Assembly (NCBI GenBank): GCA_963693365.1
Contig: CAVNZM010000017.1
Span: forward strand, 2,471,527-2,535,526
Direction of reading: 5' to 3'
DNA length: 64,000 nt
Origin: Amoebidium appalachense
Lineage: Eukaryota; Protista; Ichthyosporea
The stretch's first letter is position 1, and every line of letters begins with the position of its first letter. The translations under genes were made by a program, and so were the position numbers. The notes under the pieces are model-generated. The model worked only from the letters and a program-made list of their open reading frames with translations, was not told the origin of the DNA and ran no database searches. This document shows, in pieces, positions 13,560-62,031 of the stretch.

Positions 13560-13677
13560 CCTGGACTGTGGGGACATGGACAGTAGGGTGATGGCCAGCT
13601 ACCGGTCTGAGATTGGCCTGCTGCAGCGCCTGCAGTCAAAGGATCGCATTGTGAGACTCTATGACTCAGAGGTGTTT

Positions 13678-13714
<37 letters not shown>

Positions 13715-14326
13715 ACCTTCTCTTCCTCTTGGCTCTAAATGGTCTTTTGTTTCGTGTCCTAGCTAGCATCCTACTGCATATGCCCGGGGGGAGGGGGTTG
13801 GAGGGGGGGGGGGGTGTCCCTTCGCACATAGTAACACACACACATGCACATACCCACGCACACCCAAAAGATATCATTACTCGCTTCGCCACCCGTCCCA
13901 GTCTCCGACCACGTATTTCACAAGCCCCCCCCCCCCCCCCCCTCTCTCTCTCTCTCTTTCTCCTCTCTTTCTCTCTCTTTCTCTCCTTCCCTTCCCTTCC
14001 CCCTTTCCCTCTCTCTCTCTCTCCCCCCCCCTCCCCCTCTTCCCCCTCTATTTTCCCCCATCAACACTCTATCAGTTGTCCCGCATGCTCCCAGAAAATT
14101 GTGTTCCTTTGCTCAAAAAGACAATTTTTTTCCCACAGGAGACCGGGGACTGCCTCTTTCTTGTGATGGAGTGCGGCAATGAGGATCTTAACCAGTGGAT
14201 CCAGAGGAACAAGGGCACTAGGCTGCAGAACGAAAACTACCTGCGCCACTGCTGGCAGCAGGTATGTACATGGGCACAAACATGCAAACATACGCACGTA
14301 CACACGTGCACACACACACACACACA

Positions 14327-14362
<36 letters not shown>

Positions 14363-14618
14363 TCCATGCACGTGTGTACACGTGTCCGTGCACATGCATC
14401 GACGCGCATGCACGTGCACATATTTTGCGGAAAAAGACACGTGCACACACGTACAGACATGCACATGAGGACATGGCACATACACACATGCAGTACCCAC
14501 CCAACAATGATGTGAGCAAAAGACACAAGGGAGTGGGAGGGGGCTGGGAGGGTTGGGTAAAGAGGGGGTAGAGAGCTTCCCAGCCTTACAACCACACACA
14601 CACACACAAACACAAACA

Positions 14619-14700
<82 letters not shown>

Positions 14701-15058
14701 TGTTGGAGGCAGTCAAGACTATCCATGAGGAGCGTATTGTTCACAACGACCTCAAGCCGGCAAACTTCATCTTTGTAGGGGACTGCCTCAAACTCATAGA
14801 CTTTGGCATCGCAAAGGTGTGTGTCTGCATATGGCGTTGGAAGACGGCAGGGGAACGGGGGAGGGGTTTTTTTTGGGGGGGGGGGGGGGGGGGGGGATAT
14901 AGGGCATGTAGGGCGTGGAAAGGGGGTTTTTTGGGGGGGGGGGGGGGGGGGGGGGGGAGATAGGGCGTGGAAAGGGGGTTTTGGGGGGGGGGGGGGGGGG
15001 GGGCAACCTTGAATCTGTGTGTTGCATACACGGCAGATAGGAATGCAGTGGTGGAGAG

Positions 15059-15090
<32 letters not shown>

Positions 15091-15146
15091 TTTCTTTTAA
15101 GTTTCCTATGGATGCGGAGGAGATGGTGGAAATGGGAAAAGTTGTT

Positions 15147-15181
<35 letters not shown>

Positions 15182-15867
15182 GTTTTGTGACGTTCCCAAA
15201 TTTTGCAAGTTGTGCTGTTGAGAAATCGTTGGTGATGTTAGCCGTTGTTTCTTTTTTAATGAGTGGGCAGAGGGGGGAGGGGGGGGGTTGCTCATCTCGG
15301 GGATTCCCACACTGCAGGCTATACAAACGGACCACACCAGTGTCTACCGTGAGGGAGAAGTATTGCTTCCCCCCCAAAAAAAATAAATAAAAAATGCACA
15401 CACACACACACACAGACCACCCCACTTCTTCTCCGAAAGAGAAATGCTGAATGGGAAGGAAAGGAACACAGAGACACAGACACACATGCAAGTCTGCTCG
15501 TCTCTCCGTTTGCTTGCCCCATTTTCTTTCTGTTCTACTACTCAATACATTTCCCTTTTTCTTGCTTACTGAAACTGCAACAGCCTATTATGTTCCGTAT
15601 CTTTGTGCAGATATGTGTTTTCTTTTCAAATATGCTATCACTCTCCAAAAAAAAAAAAACGTGCTATCAAATTCGATACTTCCCCACGGGGCGTCAAGGT
15701 AAGGCCTTGGGTTTTATGTCGTTTTGAAAAAAAAAATAAAAAAATTAAAATAAAAATGGAAGAATGAAAGAAAAGGAAAAGAGAAAGAGAAAGAGAGGAT
15801 GAAAGAAGAAGAAGAAATTCAATAATAAAATCAGGAAAGCACGCTGATATGTATGAAGATATGCCCT

Positions 15868-15901
<34 letters not shown>

Positions 15902-16065
15902 TATTGGAGGCACAGCACTCACACCCATGTAACTCCCCAGAGCATCTACGGCACCTACAACTACATGTCCCCAGAGACCCTCACCGCCCAGAGGGCACCT
16001 GCCCATCGCCCAGGCCTGGACCCGAAAAAGACATACGTCAAGGTACTTTCATCCCTGCCTCTTTA

Positions 16066-16096
<31 letters not shown>

Positions 16097-16099
16097 ACA

Positions 16100-16130
<31 letters not shown>

Positions 16131-16254
16131 GCGCATTGTTACGGTCAGCACCCGCTCACCCTTCATCCCACAGCGACTTCCATTCCCCTTTCATACTATA
16201 GCAGGGTTGATGATCTGTTGGCATTGTCATACAAAGGTGTGTGGTTATGTCAGC

Positions 16255-16331
<77 letters not shown>

Positions 16332-16726
16332 AACCTCAACCTCAACCTCAAACCCCATCTTCCCTCCCTCCCTTTCTATACATCCAAACACACACACTCT
16401 CTCTCTCTCTTTCTGTTGACTAATGGGTACTCTGTGCACAGTTTGGGCCGGCCAGTGACATCTGGTCTCTGGGCTGCATCCTGCATGCCATGGTCTTTGG
16501 CTGCACACCCTTCCAGCACATACAGGACGTGCACATGGTATGTGACTGTGTGTGTGTGCTTGTGTTTGTGTACGTGTGTGTGTGGTATGTGTATGTGTGC
16601 GTGTGCCTTTGTCCGTGGTTGTGGATGTGCTCGTAAGGGGACCAGAGAAAAGAGAGAGGGAGGGAGGGAGGGCGGGGGGGGGGGGGGGGGGGGGAAGGGG
16701 GGTACATTTTTATAGAGTCTGAATTG

Positions 16727-16777
<51 letters not shown>

Positions 16778-17214
16778 GTCTGCTCCAGGTTCCCATGGTG
16801 TGTTGGAGAAAACCTGCTATCAACAGAAGCAGGAACAGGGACCTTTTTTTTTTCCCCCTATTTTTTTTTTTGGATCGGGGCATCAGACAGGACTAAGAAT
16901 GGATATACCGCACAGTCGCCATAGGCACAACGAGATAGTCGTTTAGATAGCTTCACCAGATATCCCAACAAGATACATAAGTACGTACGAAAATTCAACC
17001 ATAGGACTTCATTTCTAACAAGATTGCCGTGGATCAGAAAATGTCTGCGGTTCTCGACCACCGTGTGCCCATCACCATACCGCCGCACGCCAACGCCGAT
17101 CTCGTGGATGTTCTGCAATCGTGCCTGCGCAGAGATCCCAAGCAGAGGCCCACCATCGATCAGCTGCTGGCCCACCCATTCTTAAACCCACAGCAGCAGC
17201 CGGCAAGACTGCGT

Positions 17215-17281
<67 letters not shown>

Positions 17282-17349
17282 GGGGGGGGGGGTTGGGGGA
17301 GGGGGGAGGGGGGAAATGTCGACGTGTGCAGGAGTGTGATTGTGGGTGG

Positions 17350-17380
<31 letters not shown>

Positions 17381-17444
17381 ATTAACTGCTTTTATTTGTA
17401 GCATATGGATGGGTGGGTGGTGGAACCTGTGTAGTGGGGGAAGA

Positions 17445-17486
<42 letters not shown>

Positions 17487-17649
17487 ACAGGCACGAATCA
17501 TGACATGGGGCAAGGGGAGAGTTATGGCAAGATGGAACTGAGGACGTGGGTTTGCAGACAAGGGAAAGGTTGTGGTTGCTGGCTGAGTAGCATGAGAGGT
17601 AATGGTCATGTCTTCTACTTGAAAACTTCTCTTTCTTCCTTTTGGGCCC

Positions 17650-17699
<50 letters not shown>

Positions 17700-19163
17700 G
17701 GGGGGGGGGATAGATTTGGGATGTATGGATGTGTCTCGAGAGGCACGATAAGAATCTACCAGAAACGCATATTATGTCGGGATGAAAGTTGTATATATTT
17801 GAATCCGTGATTTTTGATCCCGGGTGTTTCTGATCCTAGGCATTTCTAAATCTGGTATTTTCGATCCCGGGTATTTCGAAATCCGGTTTGTGTGGGCACT
17901 AAAAGTCTGGGCTGCACAGCCGCCACACCAACCATCGATGATGTGGACAGTGTGGTCAGGAGGTACCTCGAGTCACAGGGCGCACACCCCCGCCATGCTG
18001 CTAAATTCTCAAAGGTGCGTACGCGGGTGTTTGGGGGGGGGGGGGGGATGTGGGTGAATGGGTGAATGTGGGTATGCAGTGCGGAGGGGGGTTTGGGGGG
18101 GGGGGGGGGGGGGGGGGAAGGGGGATGGACGGGTATTTGGGTGGGTGTAAGTGGTTGGGTGAAGATGATGGATGGTTGTATTCGTGGGGGCGGTTGTATG
18201 GGTGGGTCTTCATGCTTCTTCCAGAAAATCATTTGGACTGGGGTGGCTTCCCAAGCCGTGAGAAGGGAGGGGGGGGGGGGGGGGGGGGGGGGGGGTATAT
18301 GCCTGATATGCCTTTATAGATGCAATTGTGTGTTTGTTTTGATAGCAAAGGTATCAATATTGTTTTCTGCTGTCGATTATTAGAGACTCTTATGCTCTAA
18401 TCTTCTTCTTTTGAGGCCTGAGGGACGGACTAATAGGGGAGAGGGGGAGAGGAGGGGGGGGGGGGGGGGGGGGGGGGGGTGCCACCGGGGCCCCATCATG
18501 GGGACTTATATGTACACACAAAAACACAAACACAAACATGCCGATAAGGGGGAAAGTGAGGGAACGATCTCATTTCTGGCCGAGATGTTATGAGCTAATC
18601 TTTCCAACATTTACGCCCAAACATACATGCACACACACACACACACACTGCAGTCGGTTCAGGAGTGGTTGGCAAAGTGCCTGAAGCCGCCACCGCCGCC
18701 ACAAGTGAGTTTTCCCAATTTTGAGTTATTATGTGATGTGTTTCTGGATTTTGCGACGTTCGAAAGAGGCACGTTTCTGACTCGCCATCTTTGGGTGGTG
18801 GCATTGGGCAATCGGGACATGGGCAATGTATGTGCCTGTTCTTTTTTTTTTTTTTTGTGGGGGGGGGGGGGGGGGGGGGGTTGTTGTTGTTGTTGTTGTT
18901 GTTGTTGCTGTTGTGTGTGTCTGCGTGCGTGCGTGTTTTCGTGTGCGTGTGTGGGCTTGGAGGGGGGGTGGGGGGTGGGGAGAGGCTCTCTCTCTTTCTC
19001 CTTTCTCTCTCCCTCTCCCCTTCCTCTGTTGCTCCTCTCCCTGTCCCTCTCCCTAGCTGCCTATCTCCTACTGTGAGGGGTATGCGCAGGTGAATTCGCT
19101 TAGACTAGTCACTGATACTCCTCCCCCCCCCCCCCCCCCCCCCCCCCTCTCCTCCTACAGTAA
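5642..19163 (+). CDS. MPS1: Mps1/TTK spindle-checkpoint kinase (N-terminal TPR, long disordered polyQ/P linker, C-terminal kinase)
   Basis: Exons 5642-5886, 6779-6891, 7353-7465, 8837-9058, 9969-12101, 12605-12687, 13560-13671, 14139-14261, 14700-14816, 15318-15359, 15941-16042, 16442-16537, 17038-17212, 17920-18014, 18654-18704, then TAA at 19161-19163; all phases agree. Kinase motifs [82 protein letters not shown] and [20 protein letters not shown] match TTK closely. The start codon and last exon are less certain (a possible upstream exon begins near 4897). Confidence 0.93.
7540..8045 (+). repeat. Diverged intronic tandem duplication, about 300-bp unit x2
   Basis: catggccag(t/c)cggagt...tatgtatccacgacaca...ttcaaagct(t/c)tcctcctc(c/t)tactcccg occurs at about 7558-7740 and 7861-8040. 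Confidence 0.8.
9621..9785 (+). repeat. Near-perfect intronic tandem duplication, about 80-bp unit x2
   Basis: cttccgtaacttgca(c/g)taatgctagtgcacggctcactgcattcgtggtttgtctcattttgatgttctcagcgctgttgct is present twice. Confidence 0.92.
11320..11890 (+). repeat. Coding (CAA)n/(CCA)n repeat encoding polyQ/polyP in the Mps1 linker
   Basis: In-frame [10 protein letters not shown] units inside the 2133-nt exon 9969-12101. Confidence 0.9.
12731..12950 (+). mobile_element. Poly(C)-anchored interspersed repeat, young copy (220 bp)
   Basis: Seven mismatches in 220 nt against the reverse complement of 47717-47935. Ends gttccgcattcaaa followed by Cn, and is flanked by C-runs on both sides. Confidence 0.85.
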
Positions 19164-19844
19164 ACATCAAGGAACTGCGAAGAGCTGGATCTTTCCTGGA
19201 TGTTCCCAGCAAGACGAGTTCTGATGAGCCAACCCTTAGCAAACACGACCCTGTAACCGTTTTACACGGCATGACAAAACATGTTGACACACGCTACCGT
19301 TTGCAGTTTGGAGTATGCTCTAGCGCTTTTGATATAGTTTAGGTTTGTTTCTCTAATTGTTTGTTTTCTGTGTTTGCAACCTTGCACATTTTTGTCCTTG
19401 TGCGCTAGCGTTGCACGGCTGTCTCTATATATCTTAGCCACTACATAGTCGGCCATTATGTTAAAAAGAAATAACTGCGTCTAACTAATAGATGGCCCCA
19501 CACCTGCGCAGAAAGGGGGGGGGGGATAGTCCTCTACAATGTAGCTAAAAAATTATAACACCTAAAACTAATTTTAGACAAGGTATGTGGCATGTATCAT
19601 GATAATGTATTTACAGCTGCCGGCTATGTATATTTTCGAGCCCTTTTTTCATAGGTGCGAGTGTTTTTTCAACACTCCTGTGCAAAGTTTCTTCTCTGGC
19701 CCAGAAACCTCCGGACCGGGTCTGAGTGTCGAATGAATGATGGATATGATTTTGCCTATTGTGTTTCTTTCTCTCCCCCCCCCCCCCCCCCCCCCCCCCA
19801 GCACACACACACACACGTGTACACAAACACAAATGCGATGAGTG

Positions 19845-19920
19845 CGCGCTGCGCCAATGATAATGCTGGCAGCAGCGCGACCAATCAGGATCCAGGAACT
19901 ATGCATGACGTCACGAAACC
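19845..19920 (+). promoter_or_regulatory. Putative promoter of the EamA gene
   Basis: Two CCAAT boxes and TGACGTCA about 370-440 bp upstream of ATG 20286. Confidence 0.3.
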
Positions 19921-20285
19921 TCGGGAGTTCAGCAAGGCCTCGTCTTCAAGTTCACGTTGATCCAGCGCTCCAAGCCGTGAGCTTACTTTCAAGTTTTGAG
20001 TTCGAGCGTTTCATGTATTGTGATGTTGTAGTATCATGTCACGCAAAACATCCAGGCGTAGGTTAGTGGCTCAGTTATAATCAATATTAGTCTCTTGTAA
20101 CATGAACAACGGTTCTGCACTTGAGCCGAATCTGAAACCACCTGTTTTTGAGAAGATTTTAAATTTTACAGCCAGATCCATCATCACGGTCAGGATCCGG
20201 AGTAGTAATTGTGCTAGTAACAATATACTCAAGAGACTGATAAGGTTCAACAAGATTAACAACATAGTTACGATAGCAAAAGAAC

Positions 20286-28465
<8,180 letters not shown>

Positions 28466-29029
28466 GAGAAAGAAAACAGACGATGCTGCACGTTGGCGTC
28501 AGCATTCTAAGATTTAGACTACACCAGTGGCGCAAGCACAAAAGGACACATCCTGAGCGTAGCCTAAAACATAACAAGTTCACGCGAAATCGGAACGAAT
28601 GAAGCTACACGGATGTGTAAGACTTGACAGATCGGAGTATGAATGAACTGCAGATGTATGTGTGTGTGTGCGCGCGTGTGTGTGTGTGGTGGTGGTGGGG
28701 GGGGGGGGGGGGGGGGGGATGCATGCCACCCAGGTAGTACTGACTATTGAGTGGTCGCGACTCCGATTGTGCGAACAAGCGCATTTGTAAACTAAAGGGG
28801 AAAGTCCTTCGTGTCTGCACATAAATAACATTTATACTTACCTAAAATAGTTTTTGTGTTAACGTTGATGCCGATGCTCCGTGCTGTCACAGTGCATGAT
28901 ATTATTGCGCCCCAGCTCAATGTCACGGGACTCGGTCACGCAGAGCCGACATGAACTCGTCCCCCTCCCCTCTCCCCCTCCCCCCCCCCTCCCCCCCCTT
29001 CTCCCTCCCAACACCCACCCACGCCCACG

Positions 29030-29079
<50 letters not shown>

Positions 29080-29166
29080 TCCGGGAAGGGGGAGGGGGGG
29101 GGGGGGGAGGGGGGGGGGAGTGCCTGGGATATTAATGCGGAGGGAGGGAGGGAGTGCTTTTTTTTT

Positions 29167-29210
<44 letters not shown>

Positions 29211-29461
29211 TGCATTGTACACAGATGCCAGAACACAATACGTTTAAATGATGTTTTGGGAGATTCCTCTGTATTTCATTTGCCACCCACACGATATCCG
29301 TGGGTTTGGAAGTGCGGAAAAAGCATAGCACTTGAAGCTTTGCTGCAGGCCGTCTCGTGTAACAGTTGTGAGGTTGTCAGCCAACTTGAAGAGTGCACGT
29401 GTGCGTGTATGGTGGTGGTCCTGGTAGTGGTGGGCGGGTTGGGGTGGGTTTTTTTTTTTTT

Positions 29462-29505
<44 letters not shown>

Positions 29506-29586
29506 AGGGCTACGGTGCACCATGGCTAGCTTAGACATGTGACATGAGTATGACAAAATCGCTGAAGTTGTCATGCACAGAGAAGC

Positions 29587-29631
<45 letters not shown>

Positions 29632-29632
29632 G

Positions 29633-32305
29633 TTTTTTTTTAATAATGACTTTATCATGATATGATGAAAGAGAAGCAAGCCGGAGATATCACAGATATC
29701 TCAGAGAAGAAAATACAAAAACCCCTACTCACGGATACGGAGGAGATAACGACTCAAATAATCATACACCCTAGAAAACTCGTTAAACATACGGTGGTTC
29801 AACAGATAGTCAATAGGAGTAATATCAAGATTATATAAATAAGCTAGTCTTCGAATTTCTAACGGAAGAATCTGAGATAAATAAATGATTTATCTAGATG
29901 TTTGCGAGAAAAAGGTTCTGCACAAAAGTCACACAAACATTTATCGAAACTAAGGTTACAACGCCAAAATAAATATTTCAAAGCAGTCTCACACGAAGGG
30001 GTTAGAATGGCAAAATCGGCAAGTGTGGTAGGTTTTACGAGAGGAAGGATGACTCATATAAGTAGCTAATTAACATAACGATTGTAGAGAAAATAGACGA
30101 GTCTCTAATATAAAAAGAAGCACAGGCTCAAGAGTCCTACCATGATACTCTATCACAACGATGAAGCAAAGGATATTGAGTATGAGACCAAGTAACATAC
30201 TGCTGATAAATAGGGGAAGAGAAAAATAAAGGAGACAAATATTTAAAAGGATATCTCTGAATGGGAGATAGATTGGGTACAGGACATTTCGCACGAACAT
30301 TAGAAATGGGAACAGGGTCTAAGGAAGGAAAGAATTGCAACAAAGGATGATAGGAAGGAAGCCTAACCAAATGAAAACAAAAGCGAAGGCCTAACTCATT
30401 CATACGCTGACTCGCCGGAGGGAGACCAAAAACACTCAGCAAAGAAGCCGCCAGAGGATGCCTACGCGAGGTCCGAGAGATGAACGGATGAATTCACGCT
30501 GAAAGGAATCGAATTCCCCAAGCGCCGCGCGCTGTTGCCGTGGAGGGGCACACAAGAGTAACGGGAGGCCATATTCGAAACATGGACGAAGAAAAACTTT
30601 ATAAAGAGTGAGCAGATTAGCAGGATGGACATTAGAAATGCTTGCGAAAATGCCTTGATAGAGATGTGTAAACGATCACGCGCACGGGAATGCGCGAAGT
30701 CAAAAGGCGCTCAAAGCAAATACCCTTAGAGGTGAAAGGAATACCTAAATAGTCATAGGAGGACACAACTGGGATAGGTTGATTGTTCAAAGTGTAGTGT
30801 ACATGGGGAGAAAAGGTGCCGCATTTATCTATCCCAATTTTCATGGAATTTCGGAAACACCAATCATCTATTCGAGAAAGCATGGTAGTCATAATAGAAG
30901 GATCGCGAGTGACTAAAACAATATCATCAGCGAAAAAAAGGCCGGAAACACAAGAGTTGCCTGCAACGGGAAATTGTTGAATTTTTACCGCTAAGTCGTC
31001 AATAAAGACATCAAAAAGGAGGGGACTCAAAAGTGAGCCCTGTAAAAGGCCTCGTGTACGACTGAATCCGTTACTCAGTACCCCATTCACAACGGCAGCC
31101 CCATGGGTGCGGTCAAATAACGCCTGAAGTAGTCGACCAAAGGGAAGTGGGAGCCCTCGAGTCGCCAACTTATGCCAAAGCAAATTCGTCGGAACCGTGT
31201 CGTAGGCATTCTTAAAGTCGATGAAGCAAACCTCGCATCCCGAACGGATAGTGTCGTGTAAAAGAAAAGCATGAGTATAGCACGAATAAGCATGCCGAAA
31301 CCCGCCCTGAATGTTGCTTAATCGAAATACATTGGATAAGGCCTCATGCTTGTGGAAGGCGCGCAATATGCGGGACTCGAATAGGCGACGATATATGTTG
31401 GTTAAGGTGACCGGCCGAAAAGAAGAAATCGGACCAGTAGAGACCTTCCAAGTTGCAGACTGGATTAACAAGAGTGTCATTCCACGACGACGGAATGAAG
31501 CCCAACTCATAAAAGGCGGAGGAGAACTCGCTCACCAAATATACAAACGGTGGAGGAGGAGGCGTATTCCCGCCTTTGGTAATAACGTGCGGAGGGCACA
31601 ATGCCTTAAGAAGCGCGGGTGGAAGAGCTTCCGGACCACATGCCTTTTTGGGTTTTAGGGCAGAAATAACACGTTGAACGTGCGCAGCATTAAAATAGCT
31701 CAAATATTCGCCTGGAAATGAAGAATCAATCGGCCAGGAGGGTGGTGTGGAGAGTAAAGAATATGAAGGGTGCGTGGAAGGAGCAGAGTTAAAGTGGAAT
31801 AATTCGGAATAATAGTCATCGGTGGAAGTGATGGTGTCGGGTTTATCAGGACTACATGTAGTAGTGATGGAAGGGCCAAAACGGCCTAGACTCTTGAGAG
31901 TAGAAATACAAGAATCGTGGGAAAGCGTTTGGCCTAAGTGGTCTAAGGTGAGAGATGGTCGTAACCGAACATAGGGATATTCGACACTACCGACCACACT
32001 ATCACCTAATTTAAATAGAAAATCAACAAGAAGAGAATAACATACCTCAAGGAGACACGGGTTTATCCGCTGTCGAGCATCCTGCACGGCCTGCAGGAGG
32101 GTGAGGTGAATCTCCTTGTAGGCATTTTGAATACTCAGCCGATTGAGTTCACTCTTGAATTTGCGAGCAATAAGGCGTTTAGTTACACGAACAGTGTGTG
32201 GAGAAACAGGAGTGGACATTTGAATGACAATAGGCTTGTGGTCGGACGCAGTAGAAGTTATAGTGACATTCAGAATTCGAATATTGCTGATAACACGGAC
32301 ATCGT
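29633..32305 (-). mobile_element. 5'-truncated APE-type non-LTR retrotransposon (LINE), frameshifted
   Basis: The minus strand begins with the C-terminal APE motif (TASDHKPIVI, about 32220-32250). RT motifs KKACGPEAL, FRPVTLTN, QGGFR, FIDFKNAYD, GLLQGSLLSPLLF, FFADDI and YLGIPF are followed by YKVFLRPCFEYG. A short A9 tail lies at about 29633-29641. The element is free of homopolymers and microsatellites. Confidence 0.92.
30500..32300 (-). pseudogene. Disrupted ORF2 (reverse transcriptase) of the LINE
   Basis: The RT is split across ORFs 31344-32219 and 30632-31510 (frameshift near 31455). A second frameshift falls before the LYKVFLRP motif near 30600-30680. Confidence 0.85.
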
Positions 32306-33191
32306 TATTTTTGTGCTTTTCTGTACACTGTCAGCATAGCCGTTAAGTCAGCCGAACACGGCACCGTGACGTTAAAAAACTTGCACCGGTATATACATAG
32401 TAACGCGGTAGTCTTCTTCCTCCCCTTCCTCCCCCAACCCCTCCCCCCCGAGCTCCCGCCCCCTCTCCCTCCCTCCCCCCTCCCCCTCGTCAGTTCTTGG
32501 GACGCACTGACCATCATGGTGTAGCATGCGCATGCATGGGGTTGAAGATATATTGTCAGTGGGGAGCCCATTGTAGTTGTACTACAAAAGGGAAAAAAGA
32601 AAAAAAAAAAGAACGGGGAAAGGGAAAGGGGGAAAATGGAGGGTGGGTCTCACGTTGGGTCTTGACACATTGACTTTGTATCATGGTATCATGCGCGGGC
32701 AACTGCCATCTCGTGTTACATTTCAATATGCATATCCGCGCCGTTTGTCTGTCTTGAACAACCTTTAGTGGGTGACTTTGTCTACTGGTAAAATGGTTGT
32801 TATCAGTCAAAGTTTTATACATTAATTGCTGCTTCATAGTCATGTTTCGGTAATTCATTCGGAAATCTTAATAACAACTAAGTAAATAAACCAGAAAATC
32901 CACGTCGAACTTAACCTGTCAACAGTGTGTGCTTTCTCTTTGTGTGCTTCTTTTTTCTGACGTTTCCATCAGAACTGATCAATGATAAAGTAACGTCAAC
33001 TGATGCACGGTGAGTGTGGGGTATAAAAGCACTCGTAAGCAAAGCATCGGCTCAGTTTCGAGGAGAGATACCCAGGCGCAACTGATGTTTGTGGATTTCG
33101 AAGAGTTCCGAGGAGTGAACTTTTGAGCGTCGGTGTTGTTCCGTCTTGTGACACGACTGCTTTTTGTGACTGCATCTGACTGAGTATTACG

Positions 33192-33225
<34 letters not shown>

Positions 33226-33621
33226 CCGCCCCAGGGGGATTTGTAGAAGAATTGTAGTTTGCTTGTGCAACAGTTATTGGAACCACGTTACTGGAAAGAA
33301 GGGGGGGGGAAGGAAAAGAAAAGAAAGGAAATCACTCACCGTGACTAATACGATGCATGACTACTCCTATCCCTCCAATCCCTCGCACAGAAACTTCATT
33401 TCAGCTACTAATCAAAGTCAACCAGCATCGAATCAATACCTATTGGGCCATGCACTCTTCTTACATCCTTCCCCATTCCCCACCTTACCACAATGGCAAG
33501 TTGACACCTATTATCAAATCACACCGGCGTGCGTCTCCCCACTCAATCTTTTCTCCCCCTTGCCCCTCACCCACAGACACCCTGCCCTTCCCTCTGTCCC
33601 TCCGTCCCTAATCGTTATCCC

Positions 33622-33654
<33 letters not shown>

Positions 33655-33760
33655 TTACTCTCTGGCCCCCTCCCCTCCCTTCCTCACCCACCCTCACCCC
33701 ATCTCTCCCACGCAGCCTTCAAATCCACTTCCAGCCAATTTTCTTCACGCCCACACCACC

Positions 33761-36777
<3,017 letters not shown>

Positions 36778-36807
36778 GTCTATATCTTTTCTTTCTTATT
36801 TTTCGCT

Positions 36808-36839
<32 letters not shown>

Positions 36840-37355
36840 CATTTCTATTGTTCGCTTTTTCTCTTTTTTTTCTTCTTCGTTTCCCAGTTACCTTTTTTGG
36901 TCTTTTTAGTGGCGAGAGATATAGAGGTGTCATGCTGTGATTCGATGTTTCAAAGCGAGATCCAAAACACCGGCGGATTGCATGGCGAATTGGCAAATCG
37001 CCAGAATTCAAGGGTTTTGTTTCATGAAATCCTGAAAAAACCATATTACGCTATGGTATGCATGTGAAATTTCGCCTCCCAAATTTCCCAAATTGAGAAT
37101 AGGGGAACACTTTCATAGGCGTTCAGAGCATTGTTGTTGAATAGAATGATCCTTTATCTGTGGTCGGTCTGAGAGCTGGTGTGCATATACCCTGGTTATC
37201 TTTGGCAATGACTTGCATGGGGCATTCTGAGGATGCACAAATCACAAAGTTTGTACGACTTCAAAATAAATCCCAGTGTCATTCACCTTGTTGTTGACTG
37301 ATCCCACGCCTCAAGTTGACAATTTGATGGGATGGTATCATTAACAATTTCTTAC

Positions 37356-37403
<48 letters not shown>

Positions 37404-37474
37404 AAAAGAAAAAAAAAAGAAAAAAAAGCCAAGACCGAGATCATAATGTTGATGTGCGCGCGTCCGTCCCTCTC

Positions 37475-37514
<40 letters not shown>

Positions 37515-37698
37515 TTTCTGTGAGTGTGTTTTGGTTATGGTGGTGGTTGGGGAGGAAAGGGAGGGGAGGGGGGGGGGGGGAGCGGGGGGAGGGGGTCGTG
37601 GCCAAGAGTATTCTGAAGATCTATCCGTTCCGGGGTTTGGCATGCTAGAGCATCATATATGGCCTTCCACTCGAAAGTCAAAGCACACTGCCTTTTCT

Positions 37699-37748
<50 letters not shown>

Positions 37749-38298
37749 ACTGACGTCATTGAATTGCTCTTAAAAAACGAACAAACGAGATATCTTAGAT
37801 AGCCCCAAGTCATGAAAAAGCAAAAAACACTGTTCCGCTATCGATATCGGACACGGAGAAAACTACCTAGAGATAACTTTAAGAAACCGCAGATTTAACT
37901 CGTCAAACGGAAAATAGTCCTTCAAATGAGATACACACAGACCAATCGAGTAACTAGAGGGAGTGCGCGGGGACAAAAAAAAAAAAAAAAAAAAATTCCG
38001 GAAGAAGCCAGAGCATCCGATCCTTGATGTGGTCATCCCAGATTCGAATTCGAACCCAGTGCGTCTTGCACGGGCTGGCTTTTCAATGAAATTTCATGTG
38101 TATCTCATCGGAAAAATTTATTTGGCCCAGGCGTGCCTGACGTCACTGTGGCCATATACTGTACCGAGAGTCCATTTCGTTCTATACCCCCCCACACAAT
38201 ACTAATGCTAGCTACATACAGTTAAAATACCACGAGAAAAATTTTATCTGCAACAAACGGTTTCCTTTCACTTCATGCCGTAACAACCCCCATTCCCT

Positions 38299-38335
<37 letters not shown>

Positions 38336-38858
38336 ATTTTTATGGACACAACAAGAAAGAAAAGAAAGAAAGAAAAAAGAAGAGACAAGAAAAGAAAAGA
38401 AAAGAGGGAAAGAAAGGACTCGAAGTTACCAAAAAAAAAAAACCTAGGGTGCTGTACAAAACATACACACCAAACTGTGAGACAGACATTGTGCTACGTG
38501 GGGCTTTTGCTTAAAATTTCAGATTTGTGCCGGCGAAAGCAACACTACCGTGCCAGAAATCATTTCTAAATTCATCAAGAAACAGAATGTCAATATATCG
38601 AATATGTGTGTGTGTGCGTGCAAGATGTATATCTGCTAAGTTTGCATAGACGGCCAAGCATATACCTATAGTGACACATCTACGAATCTGTATACAGCCA
38701 ATCAAACCACACGATTACAAGTTTTGAAACATTTATGAAAACAGATTAAAGATAAAGCTACAGGTATCACTAAACATCTAGAAGGCACCAAGCCACATTC
38801 AAAATACACTCAATACACTAATACACTAATCACTAGTCACACAATAAATATATAGAAG

Positions 38859-62031
<23,173 letters not shown>

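Noticed and set aside
836-19160. Complementary repeats at opposite intron ends bridging splice sites (fish-type AC/GT pairing)
   Set aside because: A few introns have C-then-G or G-then-C runs, but many contain only one type; no consistent pattern.
36900-38200. Weak inverted similarity (tgcatgtgaaatttc / gaaatttcatgtg) suggesting an old DNA transposon
   Set aside because: Too short and diverged to define an element.
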